Source: Mobula hypostoma
Taxonomy: Eukaryota
Direction: 5' to 3'
Assembly (NCBI RefSeq): GCF_963921235.1
Contig: NC_086097.1
Location: forward strand, 118,794,001-118,858,000
DNA length: 64,000 nt
The position numbers and the translations under genes were made by a program. The notes beneath the pieces were generated by a model, which made no database searches, was not told where the DNA came from, and was given only the letters and a program-made list of their open reading frames with translations. Positions 1 through 11,536 of the stretch are shown here, one piece after another (within the stretch, counting starts at the first letter, position 1; each line of letters begins with the position of its first letter).

Positions 1-189
1 GTTTGACAAGGTATAGAATATATCCTGTAGTAGGCAATTGAAGTAAACACAAAGCCAATTTCAAGCAATGTGATTGAAAAATCTTAAGTGAGCCAAGTTC
101 TTGATTCAGTTCCAAGCAACATCCTTTGTAGGAATTGCATTAGACTAGAAAAATTGAGAATCAGGGAGACATGCTTATCCTAAATTATA

Positions 190-415
190 ATAGCCAGGTA
201 AATGGGCTGAAGTTTGGCAAATGGCTTTCAATTTGTTTAAGTGGGGTGTGTTGAATTTTGGAAAGTCAGAACAGATAGGGCTTAGGAGGACAAGTACATA
301 GTTCATTGATGTGGTATAGATGATAGACAGGGAGGTGAAGAAGGTATTTTGGCATGCTGGCTTTCATCAGGCAATGCAACAAATAAAGGAGTTCAGACGT
401 TACGTTGCAATTGTA
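190..415 (+). mobile_element. Old, degenerate CR1 LINE RT C-terminal fragment
   Basis: ggtaaatgggctgaagtttggcaaatggctttcaat reads (G)KWAEVWQMAFN, resembling 'GEWANSWQMQFN' in the better preserved CR1 copies of this window; heavily decayed. Confidence 0.55.
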
Positions 416-1217
416 CTTTATTTCCACTGTTTTCCTCCTCATTTTAGCAGACTCATTTCAATAATTAAAATGAAATCTTTATTCTTCAAGATGATTTTGC
501 ATAAGTAGCAAATATTGCAAATAATATTACAACAGTTAATAATAAATAAATAAGTTAAAAATGTGTATGTCCAAATGACATCCATGCAAGGCTCTGTTAG
601 AAATGGGAGTTCATTGAAGAAGACGACTGTTTCCGCAGACTGAATAAATTCTAACACAGACATATTTAGGTAGAAAACTGTAATTATCCAAGGAATTTGT
701 TTATATTGAGTAATAGGGTAGATGCTTTAAAAAAAATCATTTAAGATGACCAGTTGAATAAATGAAACATAGCAGGGAAATTACAATTTCAAGAAATTAA
801 ATGTGAGTCTTACTAAACTGATATAATAGATGGGAGAACTTCATGAATGAAAGCAGTCCAACAGAGATGGGCATTATGATTTTCAGAACGCCTTCCATAA
901 GGCACCTCACAAGAGAGTACTCTACAAAAAAGGACCTTGCAGAATTAATGATGGCCTGCTGCAGATTAAAACTTTGCAGAATTCCCTTTGGAAAAGTGTT
1001 TTATCATTGGAATATGATCAATTCGTACTGGACCTTTATTTTCTGGATGATTCTGAGCTTGTGCTGCAAATGAAATGAAAATCCCCAAATATCAATGTTG
1101 TTATCTGTATTAGTTTTGATCAGCGATGTCTTTATTTTCCCTCTATTATCTTTTTCTTTGACTGTTTTGTTCATTGAAAACTGTTGTTTTCAGGTCCTTT
1201 GTTTTAGTTGGAAGCAT

Positions 1218-2195
1218 TAAGATAAGATCAGATAAAATAAAACTTTATTATTTCAAAGGAAATTATTGTTGCAAGGTTGTTCAGTCAGAAATATATACTT
1301 TAAAATACAAAATGTAAGCATTGAGGTATGAAAAAATACAAAATGTGCATAAAAATAATAGTGTAAAATAAAAATGTGCAATGAAACCATAGACTTATAT
1401 ATATAAGGAGGAGGCATTGTAGTGTCTTACATCCACAGGGAGAAGGATCTCCTGTGGCATTAAAGGTGCTCCTCTGTTTGCCCAGTATGTCATTGTCCGT
1501 AATGCACCTTAGCTTCTGCATCCTCCTCTCAGACACAACCACCAGGGAATACAGTTCCACCCCCAGATCAGAACCAGCCTTCCTGACGAGCTTACCGACC
1601 TCCCTGGCATCAGCTGCTCTCACCCTGCTGCCCCACAGACTACAGCGTAGAATAGAATGCTGGCCACCGCTGAGTCATAGAACATCTGTAGCACAGTACT
1701 GCAGACGTTGAATCACTGGAGCCTTCTTGGGAAGTACAGTCGGCTCTGCCCCTTCTTGTACAGAGCCCCTGTAATTTTAGTCCAGTCCAGTTTATTGTCC
1801 AGGTGAGATCCCAGGTATTTGTAGTCCCAGACGACTTCCACATCCGATCCCCTGATGGAGATAGGAATGCAGGGTGTTTTCACTTCCCTGAAGTCCACCA
1901 CCAACTCCTTTGTCTTAGTGATGTTGAGTTACTGGTGATTCAGCCCACACTACTTAATTAAAGTTGTCCACTACTCTTCTGTACTCAGTTCCTTGACTCC
2001 ATCTGCCCACATCTGCCAAATTGTCTGAAACTTTCTGTAGGTAGCAGGACTCCAAGTTGTATCTGAAGTCCGAGGTGTAGACAATGAACAGGAGGGGGGT
2101 CAGGACAGTCCCCTAATGTGCCCCTGTACTGCTAACCACAGTATCTGAAACACAGCTCTGCAGTCTCTGGGCAGGCCATCTAGACAGGTAGTTAA
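1218..2195 (-). mobile_element. 5'-truncated Rex1/Babar-like LINE (RT C-terminus plus 3' tail)
   Basis: ORF 1713-1904 MVVDFR...YKYLGSHLDNKLDW...KKGQSRLYF is homologous to ORF 25464-25988; upstream on the minus strand lie GAH*GTVLTPLLFIVYTSDF-like and QKVSD motifs; short-repeat tail near 1218-1250. Confidence 0.85.
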
Positions 2196-2657
2196 TACAT
2201 TTGACATTAAAATTTGCTACTGTTAGAGAATACTGAATCCTCTGAAGTGACCCTGCATGAACTCCTTCAAGAGTTATAAATCACATACATTGATAGAATC
2301 CTTAATGGGTTTCATTGAGAGGTGCCTAGAGGAAAGTCCCTTTAGCAAGTGCAAATGTCAGTCTCCATGAAGATCTGTTTAAAGCAAGCTAGTATGTCAG
2401 TACAGTAAATGGATTATCTCCCTTGACACATTTTGAAACTTGACATCCTCAGTTTTATTCCACTTAACATGGCAATTCTGCTGGAACAGTTTTAAAATCA
2501 AGACAATCAAGTTGTGGAGTGGCAGAAGTGGATAAAATAGTTCTCTGTGTTGGACCAAAAAAAAACCTGCCTTAGTACTGCACCTTGCAGCAGCTTCTTG
2601 TATATTAGTGTTAATGTAGTGACCATAAACTTGTTGAGAGGGTCCACAGAGTATATA

Positions 2658-5018
2658 TGCTCATTGGCCATTTTATTAGGTACCTCCTGTACCTAATAAA
2701 GTAGCCATTGAGTGTATGTTCGTAGTCTTCTGCAGTTGTAGCCATGCACCTCAAGGCTCAACGTCTTGTGGGTTCTGAGGTGCTCTTCTGCACATCACTG
2801 TTGTAACATATGGTTATTTAGGTTATTGTTATAGGGTAACATAATTGAGAGAAACATACATAATTTACAACCACTGAAATTGAGTTGGAGTTTCAATTTA
2901 ACAGGCTGGTCTGATGTGATTATATTGTTCCAGGTTTTGGAATTCAATAAAATGCGTTATAGGTTTCATTAAGCAAAAAATGCCTCACTTTGTTTTATTT
3001 CCGAAAACCTATGTTGATGGCCCCGACGCTCTAGGATGATTCCAGAGTTATTGAATATTGAATGCAGGTGCTTTGAAACTGCTGGAGCTTTGGGAGCAAA
3101 ATGCCATGGCTTGGTTTGTGCAAGTTGAGACCGTTAGCTCTGTGAGAAATCTCTGCTGACAGCACCAAATTCTATTATGTGCTACTGTTGCTCAGCAATT
3201 CCATGGCAGCAAGGGTGGTGAGTCTGCTTGAACACCCACCTGAACACACTAAATACCGATCACGGAAAACCAACTTTTGGACTATTAGAGACTGAGCGCA
3301 CAAAACAGTTGGTCTCCTTACCAGGCCTTGGCGATAATTGGCCTTTGGATATAATGGTCCGCATGCTGTCTCTCCTGGGAAATCACCATCCTTGTTTTGT
3401 TTTTAAATAAATCTTCATGCAGCAAATGCCTCATCCAGTCTACATAGTCCTTACGAATGCACCCCAGAAGGTCTATAGGCTGACAGTCTACACTCAGCTG
3501 GGCAGCAGTGCATCATTCCTCCTTCCTTTCTCTGCCTTAATAAGTCTGTTTAGCAAGGCCTCCAGCATAAGGACGTGCGTAGCTACGAAACAAATAACGT
3601 CAGGTCTGTGTTTTTACCACGCATGCTTTGGTACAAGCTCTTGGAAGTGCCACTCGCCTTGCAGCTTCAACAGTGCTAGCACATCAGGACATCAGAGGGC
3701 TGTGAACACATGGGCCCCAGCTGCCAGAGTGGCTTGCTCACCACAGACACCCTGGCAAGGTGACGCTTCCTGTGTGACACGGGTGTTCAAGTGAGTGTGC
3801 AGTCAGCATCGCCTATTGATGAGACGGCAAAGAGCAATGAAACCTTGCTGGAGGTCGCCAATGGCAGCAGGATCTAGACTTATGGGACACGATAGGTGAT
3901 GCTCTGCCTCTGTGGGTAACCTTACATATAGGACTTCGTCCTGGCTGAAGTGGCTAGACCTCTGCCCAGTGCAGATTTCCTGTGTGCCCGAAGACTGGTG
4001 GTTGATCTTAAGAACTGCCATCTGGTGGATGCCAAGGACTATGGGTCATTACCCTGCTGCCCCAGGAAGTTCCCCACCATGACTCATTCAAGCGCGTGTG
4101 AGTTAACGCGGCTGCTGGGCAAGTTCCCAAACCTCACAAAGCCCACATTATCCATGACAGTCAAAAAACGTGGGGTAAAGCACCACCTTCCCACGAGAGG
4201 CCCACCAGTGCACGCCTGTGCGCATAGACTGGACCCAGAAAAGCTAACAACGGTGAAGGCTGTTTGCCAATGTGAAAAGACTCATCATTTTCTGCCAGTC
4301 GAATAGCCCCTGAGCTTTACCCCTTCATACGGTCTCTAAGTCCAATGGTGGTTGCCGCCTGTGGACGGAGAAACGTAGCATAGGTTTTCCAATGGCTGAT
4401 GGACTCTGTATTAAAGAACTTAGATTTTCTTTTTCTTTACCTGGATGACATACTTGTCACTAGTGCATTCAAATCTGAACACGTATTTTATCTCCGCACA
4501 GTTTTGCGTGCTGAAGCCAACACAGGTTGATTATTAACCCTGCTAAATGCCAGTTTGAGTTATGAACCATTGACTTTCTGGGCTATCGCATCTCTGCAGA
4601 AGGTGCAAATCCCCTCCTATCAAAAGTAGACACTATTATGAATTTCTCACCATCCCACACAACTGAAAAAACTACAGGAACTTTTAGGCATAATGAATTT
4701 CTATCACCACTTCATTGCAATTTTTCCCACAGAACTGACTCTCACTGGATGTTATTTGTTTTCTGCACGATTCTCTCTAATTTCTGGATACATTTGTGCA
4801 TGAAAATCCCAGGGGATCAGCAGTTTCTAAGATACACAAGCCACCCTGTCTGGCACCAACAACCATTGCAGAGTCAGAGTCACTTAGAAGAACAACTGAA
4901 CCTCTTGACCATGCCTGCATGCTTTTATGCGTTGAGTTGCTGCAACATAATAGGCTGGAAAGATATTTGCATTAACCAGCAGGTGTATAGGTGCACCCAA
5001 TAAAGTGGCCACTGAAAG
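2658..5018 (+). mobile_element. Tc1/mariner-like MITE split by a Gypsy fragment (left part 2658-2826, right part about 4719-5018)
   Basis: TIR-like ends (tgctcattggccattttattagg ... cccaataaagtggccactga) flanked by TA; both halves are colinear with the intact copy at 38250-38811. Confidence 0.8.
2827..4718 (+). mobile_element. Truncated Gypsy LTR retrotransposon (short LTR about 2827-3012, decayed gag, protease and RT start)
   Basis: TG start and AATAAA at about 2947; degenerate PBS-like ttgatggccccgacg at about 3014; gag-like LKLLE.WEQNAMAWFVQVE...DSTKFYYV; ORF 3950-4306 (VKHHLPTRGPPVHA..RLDPEKL); YLDDILV at about 4437-4457; no 3' LTR seen. Confidence 0.8.
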
Positions 5019-5439
5019 TAGTTTTCAGTATTGGAACAAAAAGAAATGCTGGCTTAATACTACAACTCATTGCAGCATCCTGTACATTAGTGTTAATGCA
5101 GTAATCATTAACCAGTTGCCAGAATACACAGAGCATATATATAAGGCTGACATACCACAGCATTTTGTTTCCAGCAACAACATTTGTCACTTTGCTCGTA
5201 CAAGACTTTCTAAGGAGCAATTCAGGCATAGCAATGGATGCATGGGCTCTTTTTTGTTGGCATCAGTATAAACGTTAAGCATTGATGACTGGAATGAGCC
5301 AGCAGAGATAATGAGCAGGAAAGTTGCAATCAATCATTTTGTGCTTACCTCATCACAGACATGAGAAAATGTGTTAGCTGGACTGAAGGAAGAGAAAAAG
5401 GAGGTGGAAGTTGAGTAAAAGGCTGTCAGAGCAGAGGAC

Positions 5440-5899
5440 AAGTTGCATCAATACACAAATTGGAAAGGTCGGTTACAGACTGAATCGAGGCGGTGTGGTC
5501 CAGTCCCAGAGCGTATCAAAGTCCCTAACCCAATGTTTGGACAACGATTTAAGCACTTCCCGAATTGGAAAGGTCGTGTACAGGCCAAATCGGAAAAGTC
5601 GGGATATTGGGACCTGAGGCGAGGGACGGTTCAGCTCACTGTTCGGAGACTCTGACTCGGCTCTGCACTGATCTGGGGCTGTTGCTTCATGCCTGTGGAA
5701 GGACTGTCTTTTGTGGATTTCACTTCTGAATGCTGTAGCTTGCTTTTATTTATTGTTTACATGATTTGTTTTTATTCTGCATGTTGGGTACTTGTTGTTC
5801 TTTTTTTACTGGATTCTTCTGGGTTTCTTTGTTCTGTGGCTGCCTGTAAGGAGACAAATCTCAAAATTGTATAATGTATACATACTTTGAACTTTGAAC
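5440..5899 (+). mobile_element. Non-autonomous retroposon carrying the shared LINE-like 3' tail
   Basis: Ends in aatctcaaaattgtataatgtatacatactttgaactttgaac, a tail seen on several other elements here; internal direct repeat aattggaaaggtcg at about 5458 and 5563. Confidence 0.55.
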
Positions 5900-6561
5900 A
5901 ATGTAGGACAGTTTTATCCTCTATATTTTGCCAACTTAACCAGAGATTTTTTCACCTCTCCATGAAAGAAATAAAGAGCATGCATTTCAGGCTGAGACCC
6001 TTCATCAGGACGTGGCTTGATATGTCAATTTTTATTCCTTTACATTGGTGGTGTATAGGGTGCACGAGAGGGGTAGCACCTCTAGATGGGAGGCTCGTCG
6101 CACTCCTTGGAGTGGCTCGTCATCTATTACTCCCCACCAATGCTCAGCTCTCACCTGTGGCTCCTCGTAGCTGTTTGCATGTGACAGCAGCCACATCCTG
6201 GGCAATGGCTTCGACAGGCCGGCTAAACCAAGTGAGGGTAGCCAATGGGTCTGAAACCCTGGGTGAGATAGGAATTTGCTCATTGCAGCATGTGAAGACT
6301 GCTTCGGTGGATCAGGCAGAGGAAACCCCGGGGGTTCAACGGCTGAGAAGGCGTTGCAGCAGCGCATTGTGGAGTGCGTAGGGCATGGCAGAGCACTTGA
6401 GAAGATGCGGTCATCCAATGCAGCCAAGGAAGTTGCCAGACGTAACCATTCTTCATGCCACTGGATCCTGACTTCTGAGGCCAAGAGAGTGAGAGCATCT
6501 CTGTGCAAGGCTTTTCCACTTTAATATCTTTCACGCACTGGTTACATTGTGCAAAAGGTCA

Positions 6562-6702
6562 GCTGGTGACGCAGTGAGATCAGCACCAGGCTCGAGAATG
6601 GTGGTTCCCGAGTTCGATCCAGTGACAGACCGCCCCCGAGCGTGCTCTACATCCGTGCCGGGTTGATATCGAGCTCACAACTCCACCTCGTAAAAAAAAA
6701 AC
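6562..6702 (+). mobile_element. tRNA-derived SINE
   Basis: A-box-like tggtgacgcagtgag, B-box-like gagttcgatcc, GC-rich body and A-rich run at about 6692-6701. Confidence 0.6.
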
Positions 6703-6992
6703 ACTGCCACCCTGCACAATGTAGTCTTCCTCGGACCCCGAAAGACAACCAACCACATTGTTGCTGACTGACCTGCGGATTTCCTGCAGTAGTTTGTATG
6801 TGTTACTCTGGACTTCCAGCATCTGGAGAAGCTTGAGTGTTTATAACTGTGATTGTATAGCTAGGTGGCTCAGTTGGTCTTTCTCTGGTCACTCTCCTCA
6901 TTTATTTGCCATCCCTTCACTGCCTAATGGATGCCAGGTTTGGGGGTGAGAGCTATCACCTCTGAGTCAGAAAGATGTGGGCTCTAATTATG

Positions 6993-7405
6993 AGAGATAC
7001 TGCAGATGCAGGAAAACCAGAGCAACACATAAAATGCTGGAGGAACTCAGCATCTATGAATGGGAATAAGCAGTCGCCATGGCAAGGAAGTGGAAAGGAG
7101 CCAGGAAGAGAAGGTCAAGCTGGGACGTGATTGGTGAAGCCAGATGAAGGGGAAGGTGGGTGGGTGAGGAGGGGGGCTGAATCCAGAAGCTGGGAGGTGA
7201 TGGGTGGAAAAGGTAAAGGGCTGAAAAAGAAGGAATCTGACAGGAGAGGAGCGTCAACCATGGGAGAAAGGGAAGGGAGAGTGGCATCAGAAGGAGGTGA
7301 TGGGCAGGTGAGGAGATGAGAAAGGCCAAGAGGAGAGCAAGAATTGGGAATGGAAAAAGAGAGACAGGGAGGGGGAGATATTACTTGAAGTTACAAAAAT
7401 CAATT
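6993..7405 (-). mobile_element. Penelope-like element terminal fragment
   Basis: ctgcagatgcagga...acacataaaatgctggaggaactcagc followed by a purine-rich tract; same repeat as the end of the GIY-YIG-bearing copy at 42966-44098. Confidence 0.7.
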
Positions 7406-7746
7406 TTGACTCCAGCATTGGGTGCAGAAAACTAGACTGCTACTTTGTCACAGTTGCTGTATTTTGAATAAAATATTTAACAGAGGCTCTGTTTGGTGAA
7501 TATACAATATACCATAAAAACAAATGCAGATTCAAGGTTTGTTAATGTCATTTCCAATACACAAATGTAAAGGAAAACAAAGTAATGGTTACTCCATATC
7601 TGATGCAGCATATAATATACACAATAAGATAAAGAATAGTACAAACAGACAAAAAGATAAATGCATACAATAGCTTTTACATTTAGATTGATTGTATGTC
7701 CATAAATTGATGGTCAGAATCAGATTTAATATCACTGGCATATGTG

Positions 7747-8110
7747 TATAAGCTGACGAGGGGTTTTGATTTTGTGGATAGCCAGAGGCTGTCTCCCACG
7801 GCTGAAATGGCTAACAGGAAGGGGCATAGTTTTAAGGTGCTTGGAAATAGTTACTGAGGGGATGTCAGGGGTAAGTTTTTAACACAGAGAGTGGTGGGTA
7901 CGTGGAATGCACTGCTGGCAGCAGTGGTGAAAGTAGATACAATAGGGTCTTTTAAGAGCCTCTCAGATAGGTACATGGAGCTGAGAAAAATAGAGGGCTA
8001 TGCGCCAGGGAAATTCTAGGCAGCTTCTTGAGTAGGTTACATGGTTGGTACAACATTGTGGGTCGAAGGGCCTGTAACGTGCTGTAAATTTTTATGTTCT
8101 ATGTTCTATG
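7747..8110 (+). mobile_element. CR1 LINE 3' fragment
   Basis: ORF2-end motifs (GHSFKV...F*TQRVVGTWNAL) and a (ttctatg)n-type tail at about 8093-8110. Confidence 0.8.
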
Positions 8111-8787
8111 TCAAGAAATTTGCCAGGCAGAGGAATGGTTATATATAAAGGTCTCAAATGCAGGGTTTGGACACAAAGCTTTGACTTTCCAATTCTCTCT
8201 ATAGGTGCTGCCTGACTCAGTTACATTTCTTCAACAGCTTATTTGTTGCTTCAGATTTCAGCATCTGCTGTCTCTTTTATCTCCACTCTTTCGAGGGTGC
8301 TGAGAGTGTGGAAGATGCCAAATAAATCAACTCTTTCCTTTTCTCTTCCTTGTATTCGAGTTTAATCCAAACCATTCAAAACCATTGAAGTGTTCTAAGG
8401 ACCTTTTTTTTTCTATTTAATCCCTGCTTTTTTATGACAAGACCTATAAACCAGTTTTGCCATTGGTGGACTATGGTGTCTTCTCAAATCCGGGTTTTGT
8501 TTTTAATATAATGTTAGCATAGCTACACAGGCATGCAAGGTGTTACACAGAGGGTGAGTTCTCCACTTAAATTTGCTGCAATATTACATATAACATCTAT
8601 CAGGTTTATAAATTCTCTACTTTCCTAAGTATCCTAATGATCCTGCAGAGTTGCACCTCAATTGAACTGACCTGCTATAAAAAAATGAATGGCTGTTTTG
8701 CCTTGAAATCAAAGTCACTGGGCCAGATTATCCAATTGCCACTCATAATATGTGGTGGTTACTCCATTTAGTGATGGAATGTTATCG

Positions 8788-9209
8788 TGTTACCCGGTTT
8801 GGATATGGCCCAAGTGTGGAGTGAGAGACACTGAAGCAGGTCGATAGTTCACAGACGTTAATGCAAACAGTGTTAAAGGAAAAATAAAACAATAAATGCT
8901 AGGCCAACCAGGGCCATTAACTAAAACTATCAAATGGAAAGCAAAGCCTACTCTGTGGCTGAAAATAGCATCTGAACTTTAAATGAATACCACTAGTCTT
9001 CAGACTACCTTGACAGTCCAGTTTCTCAGGGAAGACCGAATGGAAACAGGCAGCAAAGCATTGCTGTGCTCTGTCCAAGTCTTGACAAGCACTAGGACGA
9101 CACGTATGGAGTTAAATACTATCACGATTAAATAATAATTAGCTGGCACGTGCATATTCACAAGTGCAATTGCTGTATCTACTGCGCTGCCGAATCAGTA
9201 GTTGTGACA
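8788..9209 (-). repeat. 3' LTR of the sushi-like element (422 bp)
   Basis: TGTTAC...GTGACA termini; colinear with 17930-18356; minus-strand polypurine tract agagagggaggccc immediately internal (9210-9223). Confidence 0.95.
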
Positions 9210-9249
9210 GGGCCTCCCTCTCTAGGTGCAGCCCCTGAGACACCACAGA

Positions 9250-10561
9250 CCTGTGTCTGCTGGAAGTCCCGAATTAGCGACTTGTCCAAGATGTCCTTTG
9301 CCTGGATCCAAGTACATTCTTCTGTGCCATACCCTTCTCAGCTCATAAGGTACCAGACCTTACCACGTACCCGGCAAGATGCCAGGAGGCGCCACACAGT
9401 ATAGACAAGGGAACCATCCACCAGGTGGGGAGGAGGGGGAGAAGGGGTGACTGGAGCCAGGGGAAAGGTAGTAACCGGCTGGAGCTGGGAAATATGGAAT
9501 ACTGGATGGATCTTCAGTGATGTTGGTAGACGCAATTGATAGGACACCTTGTTGACAGCCTTTTCCACTACAAATGGTCCCATGTAGCGCAGTGCCAATT
9601 TCCGGTTCTCGACTTTCAGGGGACGATACCTTGATGCCAACCAGACCTCCTCTCCCAGCTTGAATGGACTTACCTGTCGATGGAGCCGATCAGCCTGCCG
9701 GGAATGCTGTTTCTGGCCAAGCAGCAGAGAAACCCTGGCTCATCTCCAGGTGTGCTTGTAGCACTGGATCAGCTGATCAGGGAAGAACGGGGTCTAGAAT
9801 CTCTTCTGGCATTCAAAGGGAGACATACCGGTAGACAGCAACCAGAGGTTATTGTGGGTGATCTCTGCCTAAACCAATTGGGAGCTCCAGGATTTGGGGT
9901 TGGAAGAGGCGAGACAATGCAGGATTGTCTCTAACTTCTGGTTCACTCTCTCAGTTTGGCCATTAGATTGGGGGTGGAAGCCAGAAGGGAGACTGGCGAA
10001 GGCTCCTATGAGAGAACAGAAAGCCTTTCAAAAGCAGGAAGAGAACTGTGATCCACGATCAGACACTATGTCTTGACGAAAGGCATGGAGCCTAAACACA
10101 TGTTGAACCATGAGTGTGGCAGTCTCATGACTCAATGGGAGGGCAATGTGGTGGGCAGTCTTGGAAAATTGATCCACAATGACCAAAATGGTGGTGTTTC
10201 CATTAAACAGGAACAGACCACTGATGAAATCTACTGAGAGGTGGGACCAAGGGCGGTGGGGCACAGGCAGTGGACATAACAGACCTGCAGGACACAGGCG
10301 TGATGTCTTGTTCCGAGTGCAGATGGGACAGGCAGATACAAATTTGCGGACATCCTGTGACATAGGTGGCCACCAGAAGTGTCCCTTTATAAGCTCCTGA
10401 ATCCGTTGAGTTCCCGGATGTCCAGCCAGACAAGAGGAGTGGAATGTACTGTAGCAGGGGCAAACGGCCAGCTGGGAAGTACCCCACTCGGGCTTGGACC
10501 TGATTGTTGGGCGGCCCTCACCACTGCCTCTGTTCCCCAGATCACCGGAGCAATGATACAC
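9250..10561 (-). pseudogene. Gypsy integrase with HHCC, core, GPY/F and chromodomain (frameshifted)
   Basis: HSS..GHPG...C..C zinc finger; [80 protein letters not shown] chromodomain. Confidence 0.93.
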
Positions 10562-10599
10562 GAGCGAGGAAGAATGGGCTCTGGATCAGCATTGTCCTC

Positions 10600-11536
10600 A
10601 GATCCGTCAGACTGCCAGGAGAGAGCGTCAGCCTTTGTATTCTTGCTGCTGGGATGATAAGTGAAGATGAAATTGAACAGTGTGAAGAAGAGATCTCACC
10701 AGGCTTGACGAGAGTTGAGTCTGTTAGCATTCTGAATATAGGAGAGGCTCTTGTGATCTGTCCAAACAAAGAATAGATTATTTTCAAGAAGGCATCTGAG
10801 TACTCTCCAGATATGCTAGACGTGCTACTGATGAGAGCGGGAATAGATAAGGATGTCATCTAAATACACAAACAGAAGTTGGCTCAACATGTCCCTGAGC
10901 ACATTGCTAACCAAGTCCTGGAATAATGCAGGGGCGTCGGCCAGAAGAAAAGGTCTCAACAGGTATTCAGAGTGGCCATTAGAAGTGTTGAAAGCTGTTT
11001 TCCACTCATCTTTGTCTCTTATGCGTATCAGATTGTAAGCATTGCGCAGATCAATTTTGGAAAATATAGTTGCTCCCTGGAGATGTTCAAACACAGATGC
11101 CAGCAAGGGAAGAGGGTAGTGGTTCTTCACAGTGATGTTGTTCAGGAGCCGATAATTGATGCAGGAACAGAGCTTGCCACCTTTCTTGTTCACAGAAAAG
11201 AGGCCCGCTTCTGCCGGTGAAGTTGACGGACGGATAAACCCCACGTTCAATGGCTCCTTAATGTATTCCCCCATGGCCACCATTTCAGGATGAGAGAGGG
11301 AAAAGAGCCAAGCCCGGGGAGGACTAGTGCCAGGTAGGAGGTCTATGGCACAGTCGTATGGCCGCTGTGGGGACAGGATGGTGGCCTTTCTTTTACTGAA
11401 AACCTCAAGGAGATCTGAATTTTCAGCTGGAATCCCAGACAGATCCACATCTTTAGCTGACACAGGAGGGGATTCATGGAACTGAACTTGAGCCAGACCC
11501 GGACAGGTAGACGGGCATGTCGTTCCCCTATCTGAG
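10600..11536 (-). pseudogene. Gypsy reverse transcriptase fused to the RNase H tail by an internal deletion
   Basis: [53 protein letters not shown]; then LLENNLF is joined directly to FVWTDHKSL at about 10770. Confidence 0.93.

Noticed and set aside
6040..6540. Overlapping 158-164 aa ORFs (5887-6381, 6032-6508)
   Set aside because: No recognisable domain; the GC-richer segment looks like a retroelement 5' region, but I cannot assign it confidently.
6562..6640. Possible tRNA gene
   Set aside because: A/B-box-like motifs are present, but I could not fold a cloverleaf, and it continues into a body and A-tail typical of a SINE.
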